DNA of 64,000 nucleotides from an uncultured Gammaproteobacteria bacterium (GTDB lineage Bacteria; Patescibacteriota; Microgenomatia; PFEM01; DATLAM01), in contig CAZMIZ010000002.1 of NCBI GenBank assembly GCA_964566925.1, positions 72,647-136,646 of the forward strand, in the 5' to 3' direction. The position numbers were made by a program, and so were the translations under genes. The notes beneath the pieces were generated by a model that was not told the DNA's origin, ran no database searches, and worked only from the letters and a program-made list of their open reading frames with translations. Of the stretch, positions 8,271-16,337 are shown piece after piece; position 1 is the stretch's first letter; every line of letters begins with the position of its first letter.

Positions 8271-9337
8271 CTTCCCTTGAAGAAAAGATTAAAGCGATTG
8301 AGGAAGAAATCAGAAAAACTCCTTATCATAAGGCAACCGAACATCATATTGGCCGACTGCGGGCTAAATTGGCAAGATTTAAAGACCAACTGGAAATGCC
8401 ACCAAAAGGGAAAGGGAAAAAAGATGGTTTTGCTGTTAAAAAAAGCGGGGATGCTACCGTCGTTTTGGTTGGTCCCCCATCGGTGGGAAAATCGACTTTA
8501 CTTAATAAATTGACTCGAGCTTCTTCAAAAGTAGGCGAATATGATTTTACCACCCTTGAAGTAGTCCCAGGTATTTTGGAGTACCAAGGAGCCAAAATCC
8601 AAATTTTAGATATCCCTGGCTTGGTGGGCGGCGCGGCTAAAGGCCGGGGGCGCGGCCGAGAGATTATTTCCGTTACTCGGATAGCCGACCTGTTGATTTT
8701 GATGATTGACGTTAATTCGGTTGATAAAATTGATCAGATTAAAAATGAACTCTATGAAGCGGGAGTTCGCCTGAACCAGCCGCCGCCCCAAGTCAAAATC
8801 AAGAAGCTTCTTAAAGGTGGCCTTCGAATTATCTCGGAAACAAAAATTGCTCCTAAGACGATTGAGCAGATAGCCCGCGAATTTGGTTTAATCAATGCCG
8901 AAATTATGGTTAAAAAAGCAGCCACCGTTGACGAATTAATTGACGCTTTTACCGCTAACCGAGTTTATCTTCCCTGTTTAGTTTTGGTTAATAAAATTGA
9001 CACCTTGAGCAACAAGCAATTAAGTGAATTAAGGCAAAAAGCTGAAGTTTTAATTAGTGCTGAAAAGGGAATCGGGGTAGAAAAATTAAAAGAGGCCATC
9101 TTTGAAAGGCTTGCTCTGATCAGAGTTTATCTTAAGCCAAAGGCAGGAGAGCCTGACCTTGAAGACCCGTTGATCTTGAAAAAGGGGGCGACCATTATTG
9201 ATGCGGTTCGGAAAGTTTCTGAAGAATTATTGGAGGAGTTAAAACAGGCTCGGGTTTGGGGACCTTCAGCTAAATACCCTGGTCAGCAGGTTGGCCTTTC
9301 CCATCAACTGAGTGACAACGACATCCTTTCTTTTTGA
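8267..9337 (+). CDS. DRG/Rbg-family OBG-like GTPase with TGS domain
   Basis: N-terminal KTPYHKATEHHIGRLRAKLA typical of DRG; GPPSVGKS, FTT, DIPG, NKID; C-terminal TGS ARVWG.S.K.PGQ.VG..H.L.D.D. Confidence 0.9.
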   Translation: MTSLEEKIKAIEEEIRKTPYHKATEHHIGRLRAKLARFKDQLEMPPKGKGKKDGFAVKKSGDATVVLVGPPSVGKSTLLNKLTRASSKVGEYDFTTLEVVPGILEYQGAKIQILDIPGLVGGAAKGRGRGREIISVTRIADLLILMIDVNSVDKIDQIKNELYEAGVRLNQPPPQVKIKKLLKGGLRIISETKIAPKTIEQIAREFGLINAEIMVKKAATVDELIDAFTANRVYLPCLVLVNKIDTLSNKQLSELRQKAEVLISAEKGIGVEKLKEAIFERLALIRVYLKPKAGEPDLEDPLILKKGATIIDAVRKVSEELLEELKQARVWGPSAKYPGQQVGLSHQLSDNDILSF

Positions 9338-9425
9338 ATATTTTAAAAAATCTGGGGTCGGCTATGGAACGATGTTTGAACCTATTATAGCACAATAAAA
9401 TCACTAGAAGACGAACAGGTCTACC

Positions 9426-10112
9426 TTATTCTTGCATTTGAGAAAGAATACTTTGAAGGGATTCAACAGGGTCTGGAGCTTTATAAATCGGACTTCCGCA
9501 AACTAAAATATCAGCCCCATTTACTATTGCTTCATGGGGAGTGACAACTTGTTTTTGGGCATCAGGTCCTCTTTGATGTTCTCTAGGGCGTATGCCAGAG
9601 ACTAATTTGTTTGTAAGAATATCTTTAACCTCGCCAAGGCAATTTCCCGGAAGAATAATTCCGTCACAGCCAGCTTCAACAGCTACTTGAGCAAAATGAC
9701 GAACTGATTTTCCCATTGATCGGCCAAAATGTCTCTGGCAGTACTCATCGTCAAATCGGGTTGTAATAGTTACGCCTAAAACTTTTGTTTTACTCCCCTC
9801 TACTGCTTCAACAGCCGGTTTAATTAAACCGTCGGCGAAGGCCCAAACATTAGTATGATTAACGCCCATTTCGGCAAGAGTAGCAAAAATATGAGACATT
9901 GTCCTTGGACCATTGTTTACTTTCAGGTCAACGAAAACCGGTTTTTCTTGACTTTGAATATCCCTGATATAATCCAAGCCCCAAAGAATAACGTGGTCAA
10001 GATTTACCTTAAAACCAAAATTGCCTGCTACTTCGGAAAGTTGATCTGCCAGGGTAAGGTTTTGTTTTCGTTCATTATGGTCAAGAGCGACATAAAGAAG
10101 TCTTTCGTTCAT
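9426..10112 (-). CDS. pyrF: OMP decarboxylase (subfamily 1), divergent active-site motif
   Basis: YVALD, GFKVN, FVDLKVNNGPRT (canonical DLKxxDIPNT), GIRP, Q..VVTP..A...GAD..V.G.PI; downstream of pyrE. Confidence 0.8.
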   Translation of the reverse strand: MNERLLYVALDHNERKQNLTLADQLSEVAGNFGFKVNLDHVILWGLDYIRDIQSQEKPVFVDLKVNNGPRTMSHIFATLAEMGVNHTNVWAFADGLIKPAVEAVEGSKTKVLGVTITTRFDDEYCQRHFGRSMGKSVRHFAQVAVEAGCDGIILPGNCLGEVKDILTNKLVSGIRPREHQRGPDAQKQVVTPHEAIVNGADILVCGSPIYKAPDPVESLQSILSQMQE

Positions 10113-10125
10113 ATCAAACCTTCTA

Positions 10126-10893
10126 TCAAATTTTTTTCGGTTTCAGTCCTCTCTCAGCTTGCCAATGAAGTGGGTTTTGTAAGAAGTCTCGATAGCTCTC
10201 TATTGCTCTGGAGCTGGAGTAACCATACTCCTCAGCCACATCGATTAGCTTTGGAAGGCTGGTAAGCTCAACAACCGTAATCCCCGTTTCTCTTAAACGC
10301 TCCAAAGCTTTGGGATTGTGGTAGTGAAGAACGGTAGCCGCATTTTCCGCTGGAAATCCAAGCTCTCTTAATCCTATGGCCGAGTTGGAAGTAGATTGAG
10401 CAAAATTTATCAGCTCTTCTATTATGAGAGGTTTTTGACCTATTTGGATGGAAGGGTTTCCGTCGATGCCAGTTACTAACTCCTTATGACCTCCCAGCTT
10501 TCTTGTTCCTCTAGTGTAGACATAAGGAATGCTACGGCCAGTCATCCTTTGCAAATCTTCTCTTAGTTGATAGCCTGGTATCATCCCTCCTGTGGCATTG
10601 GCAGCAATAAAGTCAAATTCTGTTTGTAAATCTAATAACCGAAGAGCTAACTGTTCTGTAAGAGTTTTAAATACTCTTTCTTGTCCAACCAATCCCTTGA
10701 TTGAAACATAACCGGGGCCCCAATTGCCTGAGCTATAAAGAAAAGGCTCTTCGCCAGCATCGACATCTCTTATTTCAACAGCCCCTGCATTAAGGATGGC
10801 TCTACAAACTTCTTCCTCAGTTAGTTTCTCTGGGAGTTCAGTTAAGTTTTCAGCAGGTTTTGGGGTTGGGGTTCCTCTCCAAGCTTCTCTCAT
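10126..10893 (-). CDS. pyrE: Orotate phosphoribosyltransferase-like PRTase
   Basis: PFLYSSG..GPGY, ATGG, YTRG.RK.GG and PRPP-loop variant IIEELINFAQS. Confidence 0.8.
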   Translation of the reverse strand: MREAWRGTPTPKPAENLTELPEKLTEEEVCRAILNAGAVEIRDVDAGEEPFLYSSGNWGPGYVSIKGLVGQERVFKTLTEQLALRLLDLQTEFDFIAANATGGMIPGYQLREDLQRMTGRSIPYVYTRGTRKLGGHKELVTGIDGNPSIQIGQKPLIIEELINFAQSTSNSAIGLRELGFPAENAATVLHYHNPKALERLRETGITVVELTSLPKLIDVAEEYGYSSSRAIESYRDFLQNPLHWQAERGLKPKKI

Positions 10894-10960
10894 TTTTAAC
10901 TTCTGATGGAGAATACCATAAACGCTAAAATTTTACAAGAGGTTTCTGTCTTTAATATTA

Positions 10961-11035
10961 TGGGTGAGTGAGGGGACTCGAACCCCCGACATCCTGCTCC
11001 ACAGGCAGGCGCTCTACCGCTGAGCTACACTCACC
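10961..11035 (-). tRNA. tRNA-His(GTG)
   Basis: CCTGC-CT-GTG-GA-GCAGG arm; G-1 present. Confidence 0.92.
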
Positions 11036-11071
11036 AGGGCGACCCGTTAGACGGGTCAGCCGCGTTCGACG

Positions 11072-11147
11072 TGGCGCCCCTGGAGGGATTCGAACCCCCA
11101 ACCTTGAGTTTAGAACACTCCTGCTCTATCCGTTGAGCTACAGGGGC
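11072..11147 (-). tRNA. tRNA-Arg(TCT)
   Basis: GAGT-GT-TCT-AA-ACTC arm; CCA encoded. Confidence 0.88.
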
Positions 11148-11152
11148 TAGTG

Positions 11153-11225
11153 AGCGGGAGACGGGATTCGAACCCGTGATCTTCTCCTTGGAAGGGAGAC
11201 GCTCTACCAGCTAAGCTACTCCCGC
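11153..11225 (-). tRNA. tRNA-Gly(TCC)
   Basis: TCTCC-CT-TCC-AA-GGAGA arm. Confidence 0.93.
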
Positions 11226-11226
11226 T

Positions 11227-11303
11227 TGGTCGGGGATGGCGGACTCGAACCGCCGACCTCGCGCTCCCAAAGCGCGCGCGCTAGCCAACTGCGCCAATCC
11301 CCG
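11227..11303 (-). tRNA. tRNA-Pro(TGG)
   Basis: CGCGC-TT-TGG-GA-GCGCG arm; CCA encoded. Confidence 0.95.
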
Positions 11304-11310
11304 TTGGTGA

Positions 11311-11344
11311 CGCGTTGAACGCGCCTACCACGTTTGACGTGGTG
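11311..11344. repeat. 34-bp tRNA trailer repeat, copy 1 (identical copy at 11598-11631)
   Basis: cgcgttgaacgcgcctaccacgtttgacgtggtg. Confidence 0.9.
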
Positions 11345-11429
11345 GGCGAGGTGGGAGTCGAACCCACACGGTGGGGTAACCACCACGAGATTTTAAGTCT
11401 CGCGCGTCTGCCAGTTCCGCCACCCGCCC
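11340..11429 (-). tRNA. tRNA-Leu(TAA)
   Basis: CGAGA-CT-TAA-AA-TCTCG arm, long variable arm, CCA. Confidence 0.95.
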
Positions 11430-11432
11430 TAA

Positions 11433-11506
11433 TGGCTGCGAGGGATGGATTCGAACCATCATTGACGACTTCAAAGGCCGCTGTCCTACCCTTAGACGAC
11501 CTCGCA
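11433..11506 (-). tRNA. tRNA-Gln(TTG)
   Basis: T1-A72 acceptor; GCGGC-CT-TTG-AA-GTCGT arm; CCA. Confidence 0.92.
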
Positions 11507-11513
11507 TTAAAGT

Positions 11514-11588
11514 TGGAGCGGGTGATGGGATTCGAACCCACGACCTTCTCGTTGGCAACGAGACGTTCTACTGCTGAACTACACCCGC
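11514..11588 (-). tRNA. tRNA-Gly(GCC)
   Basis: TCTCG-TT-GCC-AA-CGAGA arm; CCA. Confidence 0.95.
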
Positions 11589-11597
11589 GCTTAGTGG

Positions 11598-11631
11598 CGC
11601 GTTGAACGCGCCTACCACGTTTGACGTGGTG
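11598..11631. repeat. 34-bp tRNA trailer repeat, copy 2
   Basis: Identical to 11311-11344. Confidence 0.9.
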
Positions 11632-11702
11632 CCAGGGCCCGGAGTTGCACCGGGATCTCATGTTTTTCAGACACGCGCCGTGACTACCTTGGCTACCCTG
11701 GC
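11627..11702 (-). tRNA. tRNA-Phe(GAA), atypical T-loop
   Basis: CGTGT-CT-GAA-AA-ACATG arm; T-loop TGCAACT; CCA. Confidence 0.88.
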
Positions 11703-11708
11703 TGGTTG

Positions 11709-11782
11709 TGGGCTCGGCAGGAATTGAACCTGCAACCTTTTGGATGTAAACCAAACGCTCTAGCCAATTGAGCTACGAGCCC
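11709..11782 (-). tRNA. tRNA-Val(TAC)
   Basis: TTTGG-TT-TAC-AT-CCAAA arm. Confidence 0.93.
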
Positions 11783-11800
11783 ATTTTAGCAAAAATTAGG

Positions 11801-11888
11801 TGCCGAGGACAGGACTTGAACCTGCACGGGCTTTTAAAGGCCCACAGCCGCCTCAGGACTGCGTGTCTGCCATTTCCACCACCTCGGC
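11801..11888 (-). tRNA. tRNA-Leu(GAG)
   Basis: CAGTC-CT-GAG-GC-GGCTG arm, long variable arm. Confidence 0.92.
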
Positions 11889-11894
11889 TCGAAG

Positions 11895-11978
11895 TGCCAG
11901 AGGTGGGACTCGAACCCACACGGTTATGAAACCACATAGTTCTGAACCATGCGCGTCTGCCAATTCCGCCACTCTGGC
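11895..11978 (-). tRNA. tRNA-Leu(CAG)
   Basis: CATGG-TT-CAG-AA-CTATG arm, long variable arm. Confidence 0.92.
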
Positions 11979-11991
11979 ATTTTGTACTTAA

Positions 11992-12020
11992 ATTATACCA
12001 AAGAAAAAGACGGAGTTCAA
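11992..12020 (-). promoter_or_regulatory. Promoter of the 11-tRNA operon
   Basis: TTGAAC-17 bp-TATAAT with extended TG. Confidence 0.75.
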
Positions 12021-12121
12021 AGAATTTTAAGTGAGGTTATCGAAGGTTAGATCCATTCCTTATCCGGCTCCAAAGGCGAGCAAAGAAAGTTCTCTAGGGG
12101 TATTTTGGTATAATATATAAA

Positions 12122-12523
12122 ATGGGCAGGGAAGAAAGAGAACCACAGTTAACCGGGGCACAATTGAGAGCTCTTAAAGGCCTTGCAGGTCCTCCTCCAT
12201 TAGAAGACGGTCAGTTAATTCGAGACGATCCACTAGAAGTGGTCAGTTACACCCGCCATGCGGAAATTCCAGCCACCTCTGTAATCCCAACATTCCCACC
12301 TACCGAAGAAGAATTTCAAAATGTCGTCGATACCCTCCGGTGGCTTGATGTCCCTGAGGGAGAAGCTTCTTTCAATCCTGTCCGGGAATATCAGGCCTAT
12401 GTCGAACTAGTAGGACTAGGTTTAGTCGAAATGACTCCTCTTCAGGGAACCAACAGAATTGTAGTTGATTTAACTCCGGCTGGAGCTGAATTCCTCGGAA
12501 GGAAATTGGTGAAAAGGGAATAA
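12122..12523 (+). CDS. Hypothetical protein (possible C-terminal winged helix)
   Basis: 133-aa ORF; ATG 7 nt after TGGTATAAT; ends in ELV.LGLVE...LT.AG.EFL. Confidence 0.6.
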   Translation: MGREEREPQLTGAQLRALKGLAGPPPLEDGQLIRDDPLEVVSYTRHAEIPATSVIPTFPPTEEEFQNVVDTLRWLDVPEGEASFNPVREYQAYVELVGLGLVEMTPLQGTNRIVVDLTPAGAEFLGRKLVKRE

Positions 12524-12606
12524 AGCGCAGAGGCTCAAAACACAACCTTAAAAAGCGTAAGCTTTTCTGTAGCGCTAATACTGCGCAAGACTAATTTATA
12601 ACCAGA

Positions 12607-13146
12607 TTAACTTTCTTTTGGTTCTTGATTGTCTTGATTGAGGGAATTTAAAATCTCAATCCCGAGTTGCATTATTGCGCCCGATTCTGGGTTATACTCC
12701 TCTACTCTCAATAAATGAATTCCATCCTGATGTGTCAGAAAATGTATTTCTTGTCTGAGCCGGCCATCTTTCATGGAGCATTCCGTTTGCATCCCCGCGC
12801 CTTTAAGAACCTCAAAATACTTGCAACCCAATTGACTAACTAAAAAAACTCTCATCGCCTCTGTCCAGCCATTATTATTTACCGCCCTCCAACCATCAGG
12901 AGTTTCTAGGGCATTAACCCTTCGGCCTTCCCGAACGGGTCCTCTTTCTCCTCTTTCTCTTCCTTTTATTAGATTCCCCATTAAAACCTGTCTTTCCTTT
13001 TGGCCATCCATTACTGGCTGGATTAATTCCCCCAAAAAACTAACCACCTGCTCTGTGGACGCTGTTTCTAATTTCCTATCTTCAAGCTGGCCCTCATATT
13101 CTTCAAGCTGGCCCTCATTATGAAGCTCGCTTTCTACGTCTGTCAT
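12607..13146 (-). CDS. Hypothetical protein
   Basis: 179-aa ORF with strong SD (AGGAGGTGA), upstream promoter and a 21-bp tandem duplication (EGQLEEY EGQLED). Confidence 0.65.
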   Translation of the reverse strand: MTDVESELHNEGQLEEYEGQLEDRKLETASTEQVVSFLGELIQPVMDGQKERQVLMGNLIKGRERGERGPVREGRRVNALETPDGWRAVNNNGWTEAMRVFLVSQLGCKYFEVLKGAGMQTECSMKDGRLRQEIHFLTHQDGIHLLRVEEYNPESGAIMQLGIEILNSLNQDNQEPKES

Positions 13147-13202
13147 ACTTCCTCACCTCCTCTCTTTAAAAAACAAAAACTACCCTTTCGGGCAGCGAGG
13201 AC

Positions 13203-13231
13203 ATTATAACTTTAAAAATCAAGCATTTCAA
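13203..13231 (-). promoter_or_regulatory. Sigma70 promoter followed by a leader hairpin
   Basis: TTGAAA-17 bp-TATAAT, then GCTGCCC-GAAA-GGGTAGT plus T-rich run. Confidence 0.7.
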
Positions 13232-13240
13232 GAATTCTCC

Positions 13241-13621
13241 TTAAAAAGCTATCTTTTTTCGTTTATGGAGACAGACTTTTCCTCCAATCGGAAGCTCGGT
13301 ACAGGCGCGAGGGCGGATTGGTGTATCCCAAACTCCACACTCCTGATCCTTTAATTCTGGACAAGGACCAGGAATAAAAACTACTACCCTTGCCTCGCCT
13401 AGGCTAAAGCGGCGATAATAAGTTGTATAATAAATTCCTTCTTCAAGCGTATCATCGCCTCTGATAAGACTAAATTCTTCTCGGGGCACCTGGTGGATTT
13501 CAACAGCATCGCCCAGATTCCCTGTGAACCTCTCAAACTTGCTCCATCTCATACAAATGGTTGGATTATGGCAACAAGCAGCAGGGCAGTCAAGCGATAA
13601 ACATTTATTCTCAACCCCCAT
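13241..13621 (-). CDS. YkgJ-like cysteine-cluster (putative Fe-S/Zn) protein
   Basis: C...CPAACC, CPEL....CGVW....RPRAC...P pattern. Confidence 0.7.
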   Translation of the reverse strand: MGVENKCLSLDCPAACCHNPTICMRWSKFERFTGNLGDAVEIHQVPREEFSLIRGDDTLEEGIYYTTYYRRFSLGEARVVVFIPGPCPELKDQECGVWDTPIRPRACTELPIGGKVCLHKRKKIAF

Positions 13622-13715
13622 CACCAGCCAATTTTACCATACTAGTAGTAATAATTGATCATCGCTGAATAGACAAAGTGAGAATAAATTTTAGGGTGCT
13701 ATAATAATAGGCCAA

Positions 13716-14384
13716 ATGCCAGCACTAATTATCGGATTGGCTTTGTTGATCATCGGATTACTGGCGAACGCCGTCTTACCCGGCAGAATCAATTTCCCTC
13801 AACCTGAGATTAAGTCTGGGTTTGACGAGATCAAATCTGACTTTGAAGAATCTTGGGTGTCCCCCACCCCCACACCTTTACCTACTCCTGTCCCCAAATT
13901 GACTTTAGTTCCAATCCCTAATGAGCAAACAGAAAACGGAACTGATTCCGAATGGAGTTTGGAAAAGGTTGATGAAGGTCTTACTCTTGCTGAAATCCCC
14001 ACTGACCCTAGAATGTCTACTCCAGACGAGTTATTTGAAGCCATGAATAGCTATCGTTCGGCTCATGGCTTGTCAACATTAACAAAGGATGACACCCTCT
14101 GTTTTATTGCTCAAAGTCGGGCGGAAGAACTCCATCAACTGGGAAAACTTGATAATCATGAAGGTTTAAGTAAATATCTAGATTATTTTATTCAAGCAGG
14201 TTTCACCAACCAAGCAGGAGAGGTCTTATTTTATGGAGGTCCACTTTACGGAGTTCACATCATAGAGTATGGTTGGGATCGTTCTTTAACAGGTCATCGT
14301 GAAGTTATCCAGGATCCTAATTACAATCACGGTTGCGGTGGAATTAGTGGCGAAGCAGTGGTTTTTATTTTTGGCCAGAGGTGA
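13716..14384 (+). CDS. Membrane-anchored CAP (SCP) domain protein
   Basis: TM, PTPT linker, N.YR..HGL..L, GE and W..S..GH motifs. Confidence 0.85.
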   Translation: MPALIIGLALLIIGLLANAVLPGRINFPQPEIKSGFDEIKSDFEESWVSPTPTPLPTPVPKLTLVPIPNEQTENGTDSEWSLEKVDEGLTLAEIPTDPRMSTPDELFEAMNSYRSAHGLSTLTKDDTLCFIAQSRAEELHQLGKLDNHEGLSKYLDYFIQAGFTNQAGEVLFYGGPLYGVHIIEYGWDRSLTGHREVIQDPNYNHGCGGISGEAVVFIFGQR

Positions 14385-14397
14385 AAAAGTTTTGATT

Positions 14398-15000
14398 TTA
14401 AAGAAGGCCTGCTTTTTTCAATTTGTTTTTGAAATCTCTTATCCCTTGATAAACAGTTGCCTTGAAGCCGATCTTTTTTAAGGCTTTTATTCGCTCTTTT
14501 TTATCGTCAAAGCAAAGAGCTTCCTCTGGCTTCAGTTTATATTTTTCTTTAAGTACTTGAGAGAATTTTGGGTTGGGCTTGAGAGCACCCACGTCATAGC
14601 TGCCAATGATTTCGAAGATTTTGGAAAGCTGGTGTTTTTTATCTAAGTATTTAACTCTGGCTCTGGTATTGTTGGTCAGAATTAAATTGATAATCCCCTT
14701 TTTCTTTAGTTTTTTCGCCACTTCAACAACTTCCTTATTGATCTGGGCAAACTCAAACCAATCTTTTATCGCTTTTTTATAAGAAAATTGGTACTTTGGA
14801 TATTGCCGCCACTTTTGGTAGTAGGGTCTGAAGAATTCATCAAAGGTAATTTCCCCTTTTCTGCAATCAAGGTAGCTTTTATCTCTGGCAAAAACAGTGA
14901 CTTTGAGAGGTAACCCGAATCTGAGTTTTAAACTTTCGGTATAAAAGCGTGGCTCCGTAAAAACCATGCCGTCAAGATCATAAACAACTGCTTTAATCAT
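14398..15000 (-). CDS. HAD-family phosphatase
   Basis: YDLDG, LTNN, KP.P and FDD motifs. Confidence 0.9.
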   Translation of the reverse strand: MIKAVVYDLDGMVFTEPRFYTESLKLRFGLPLKVTVFARDKSYLDCRKGEITFDEFFRPYYQKWRQYPKYQFSYKKAIKDWFEFAQINKEVVEVAKKLKKKGIINLILTNNTRARVKYLDKKHQLSKIFEIIGSYDVGALKPNPKFSQVLKEKYKLKPEEALCFDDKKERIKALKKIGFKATVYQGIRDFKNKLKKAGLL

Positions 15001-15076
15001 CTTTTTAAGGATATCATTTACTCAGGGTTTCTTCAATTTTGTCTTAGGTTTGTTTGATGGTATAATCCTATAAGAT

Positions 15077-16018
15077 ATGAAAGAGTCGTTTCCAAGCGCT
15101 CTCTCTAGGCGTGACTTTCTAACCGTTGGATGGTCAAGAAGACAGACTAGCGCGTCTGAGCAGGAGAAAAATAGTGGTTTTAGAGTGGTTGTCTCTCAAC
15201 CGGATCAACTTCCAGAAGATTTACCAGGGATTATTTTCTCAAATTGGATTGATTTTCCCTCTCCTCCTAAACCAAGACCAGCTAATGTCATGACAGTTAG
15301 CCACGAAAAGGGAAGAAAAAATTTCTCCCAAGAGGCATTAAGAGAAGATTGCTTTCTTTCGCCAATTTTAGTTGAGCCAATTAGTCCTATCCAAACAACT
15401 CAAGAAGAAAAGGTGCTTGAATTAGTTGCCCTTGCTGGAGAATGGTGGCTTCCTTTGATTCCTGTTGTCCAGGGGTCTTGGGCGCTATTCAAGGCAGGAG
15501 ATGTTCCCGAAATGCCCCGGCGGCGCTTTTTGTATTTCCTTGGAGGTCTTTTGGCCGGCTTTGGGGTTTCAAAGCTGGGTTTAACTCGACTTGCCGCTCG
15601 CCAAGAAAACTCCTCTGATGTTCTTGCTTCGGAATTTTCCATGAAGGCTAAGGTTTCGTCAATGCGGGCAATGATTATCATGGAAGACGCTTGGAAACTT
15701 CATAGAGAGCAAGTTTGCCAGGAGCCAGTGCTGGCAATTTCTGAAAGCAAGGCGGACGCCCTGGAACTATTTGCTGATCAAGATCCCGAAAGGTTAAAAA
15801 CCCAATTGTTGTCTTTGCCTGAATATCATGGGACTTTAGTCGAGTCAACTCGTGAAGCAGGTTCGGTTGAACAGCTTTTTACTTATAATATTACCGATCT
15901 TTACTATGGTGTTACTAATTCGATAACCCTTCGCGATGGAGTTTTTTTACAAAATCTTAAAAGAGTGGTTAGTCTATATCTTCCAGAACCTCTTCGTGAA
16001 GGCGAATGGTGTGCCTAA
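15077..16018 (+). CDS. Hypothetical protein with two twin-arginine-like motifs
   Basis: SRRDFL at the N-terminus and an internal PRRRFL before a TM helix. Confidence 0.6.
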   Translation: MKESFPSALSRRDFLTVGWSRRQTSASEQEKNSGFRVVVSQPDQLPEDLPGIIFSNWIDFPSPPKPRPANVMTVSHEKGRKNFSQEALREDCFLSPILVEPISPIQTTQEEKVLELVALAGEWWLPLIPVVQGSWALFKAGDVPEMPRRRFLYFLGGLLAGFGVSKLGLTRLAARQENSSDVLASEFSMKAKVSSMRAMIIMEDAWKLHREQVCQEPVLAISESKADALELFADQDPERLKTQLLSLPEYHGTLVESTREAGSVEQLFTYNITDLYYGVTNSITLRDGVFLQNLKRVVSLYLPEPLREGEWCA

Positions 16019-16089
16019 TCCACTTAATTGATTTGGACAAAAATAATTTTGCCGAAGAATAGTTTCAGTGATATAATTAGAGATGTTCA

Positions 16090-16123
16090 GCGCCAGTAGT
16101 TCAGCGGATTAGAGCATCTGCCT
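16090..16123 (+). pseudogene. Truncated tRNA 5' half (Arg-like)
   Basis: GCGCCAG-TA-GTTC-AGCGGATTA-GAGC-A-TCTGC-CT: acceptor strand, D-arm and half an anticodon arm, then breaks off. Confidence 0.65.
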
Positions 16124-16137
16124 CTCGTCTTTGCGGA

Positions 16138-16209
16138 GCCTCTGTAGCTTAATGGACAAAGCGGCGGTCTTCGGAACCGTTGATGGGGGTTCGATTCCCT
16201 CCAGAGGCG
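16138..16209 (+). tRNA. tRNA-Arg(TCG)
   Basis: GCGGT-CT-TCG-GA-ACCGT arm; GCCTCTG/CAGAGGC acceptor. Confidence 0.92.
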
Positions 16210-16232
16210 CATTTGTCTAAGACGCAATTTAA

Positions 16233-16304
16233 GGGTCCATAGCTCAGCGGTAGAGCACCTGCCTCTTAAGCAGGGTGTCGGAGGTTCGAATCCTCCTGGA
16301 CCCA
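16233..16304 (+). tRNA. tRNA-Lys(CTT)
   Basis: CCTGC-CT-CTT-AA-GCAGG arm. Confidence 0.95.
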
Positions 16305-16337
16305 CTAAGAAAATTGCTTGGATTGCCTTTGGCAAAA

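Noticed and set aside
11311-11631. 34-bp direct repeats as a CRISPR array
   Set aside because: Only two copies, separated by whole tRNA genes, with no cas operon.
10968-11991. ORF-track ORFs over the tRNA cluster (also 16087-16335, 16275-16460, 37323-37514)
   Set aside because: They are shadow translations of tRNA genes.
13079-13118. 21-bp tandem duplication as a DGR or VNTR locus
   Set aside because: Two in-frame copies only (EGQLEEY/EGQLED); a simple local duplication.
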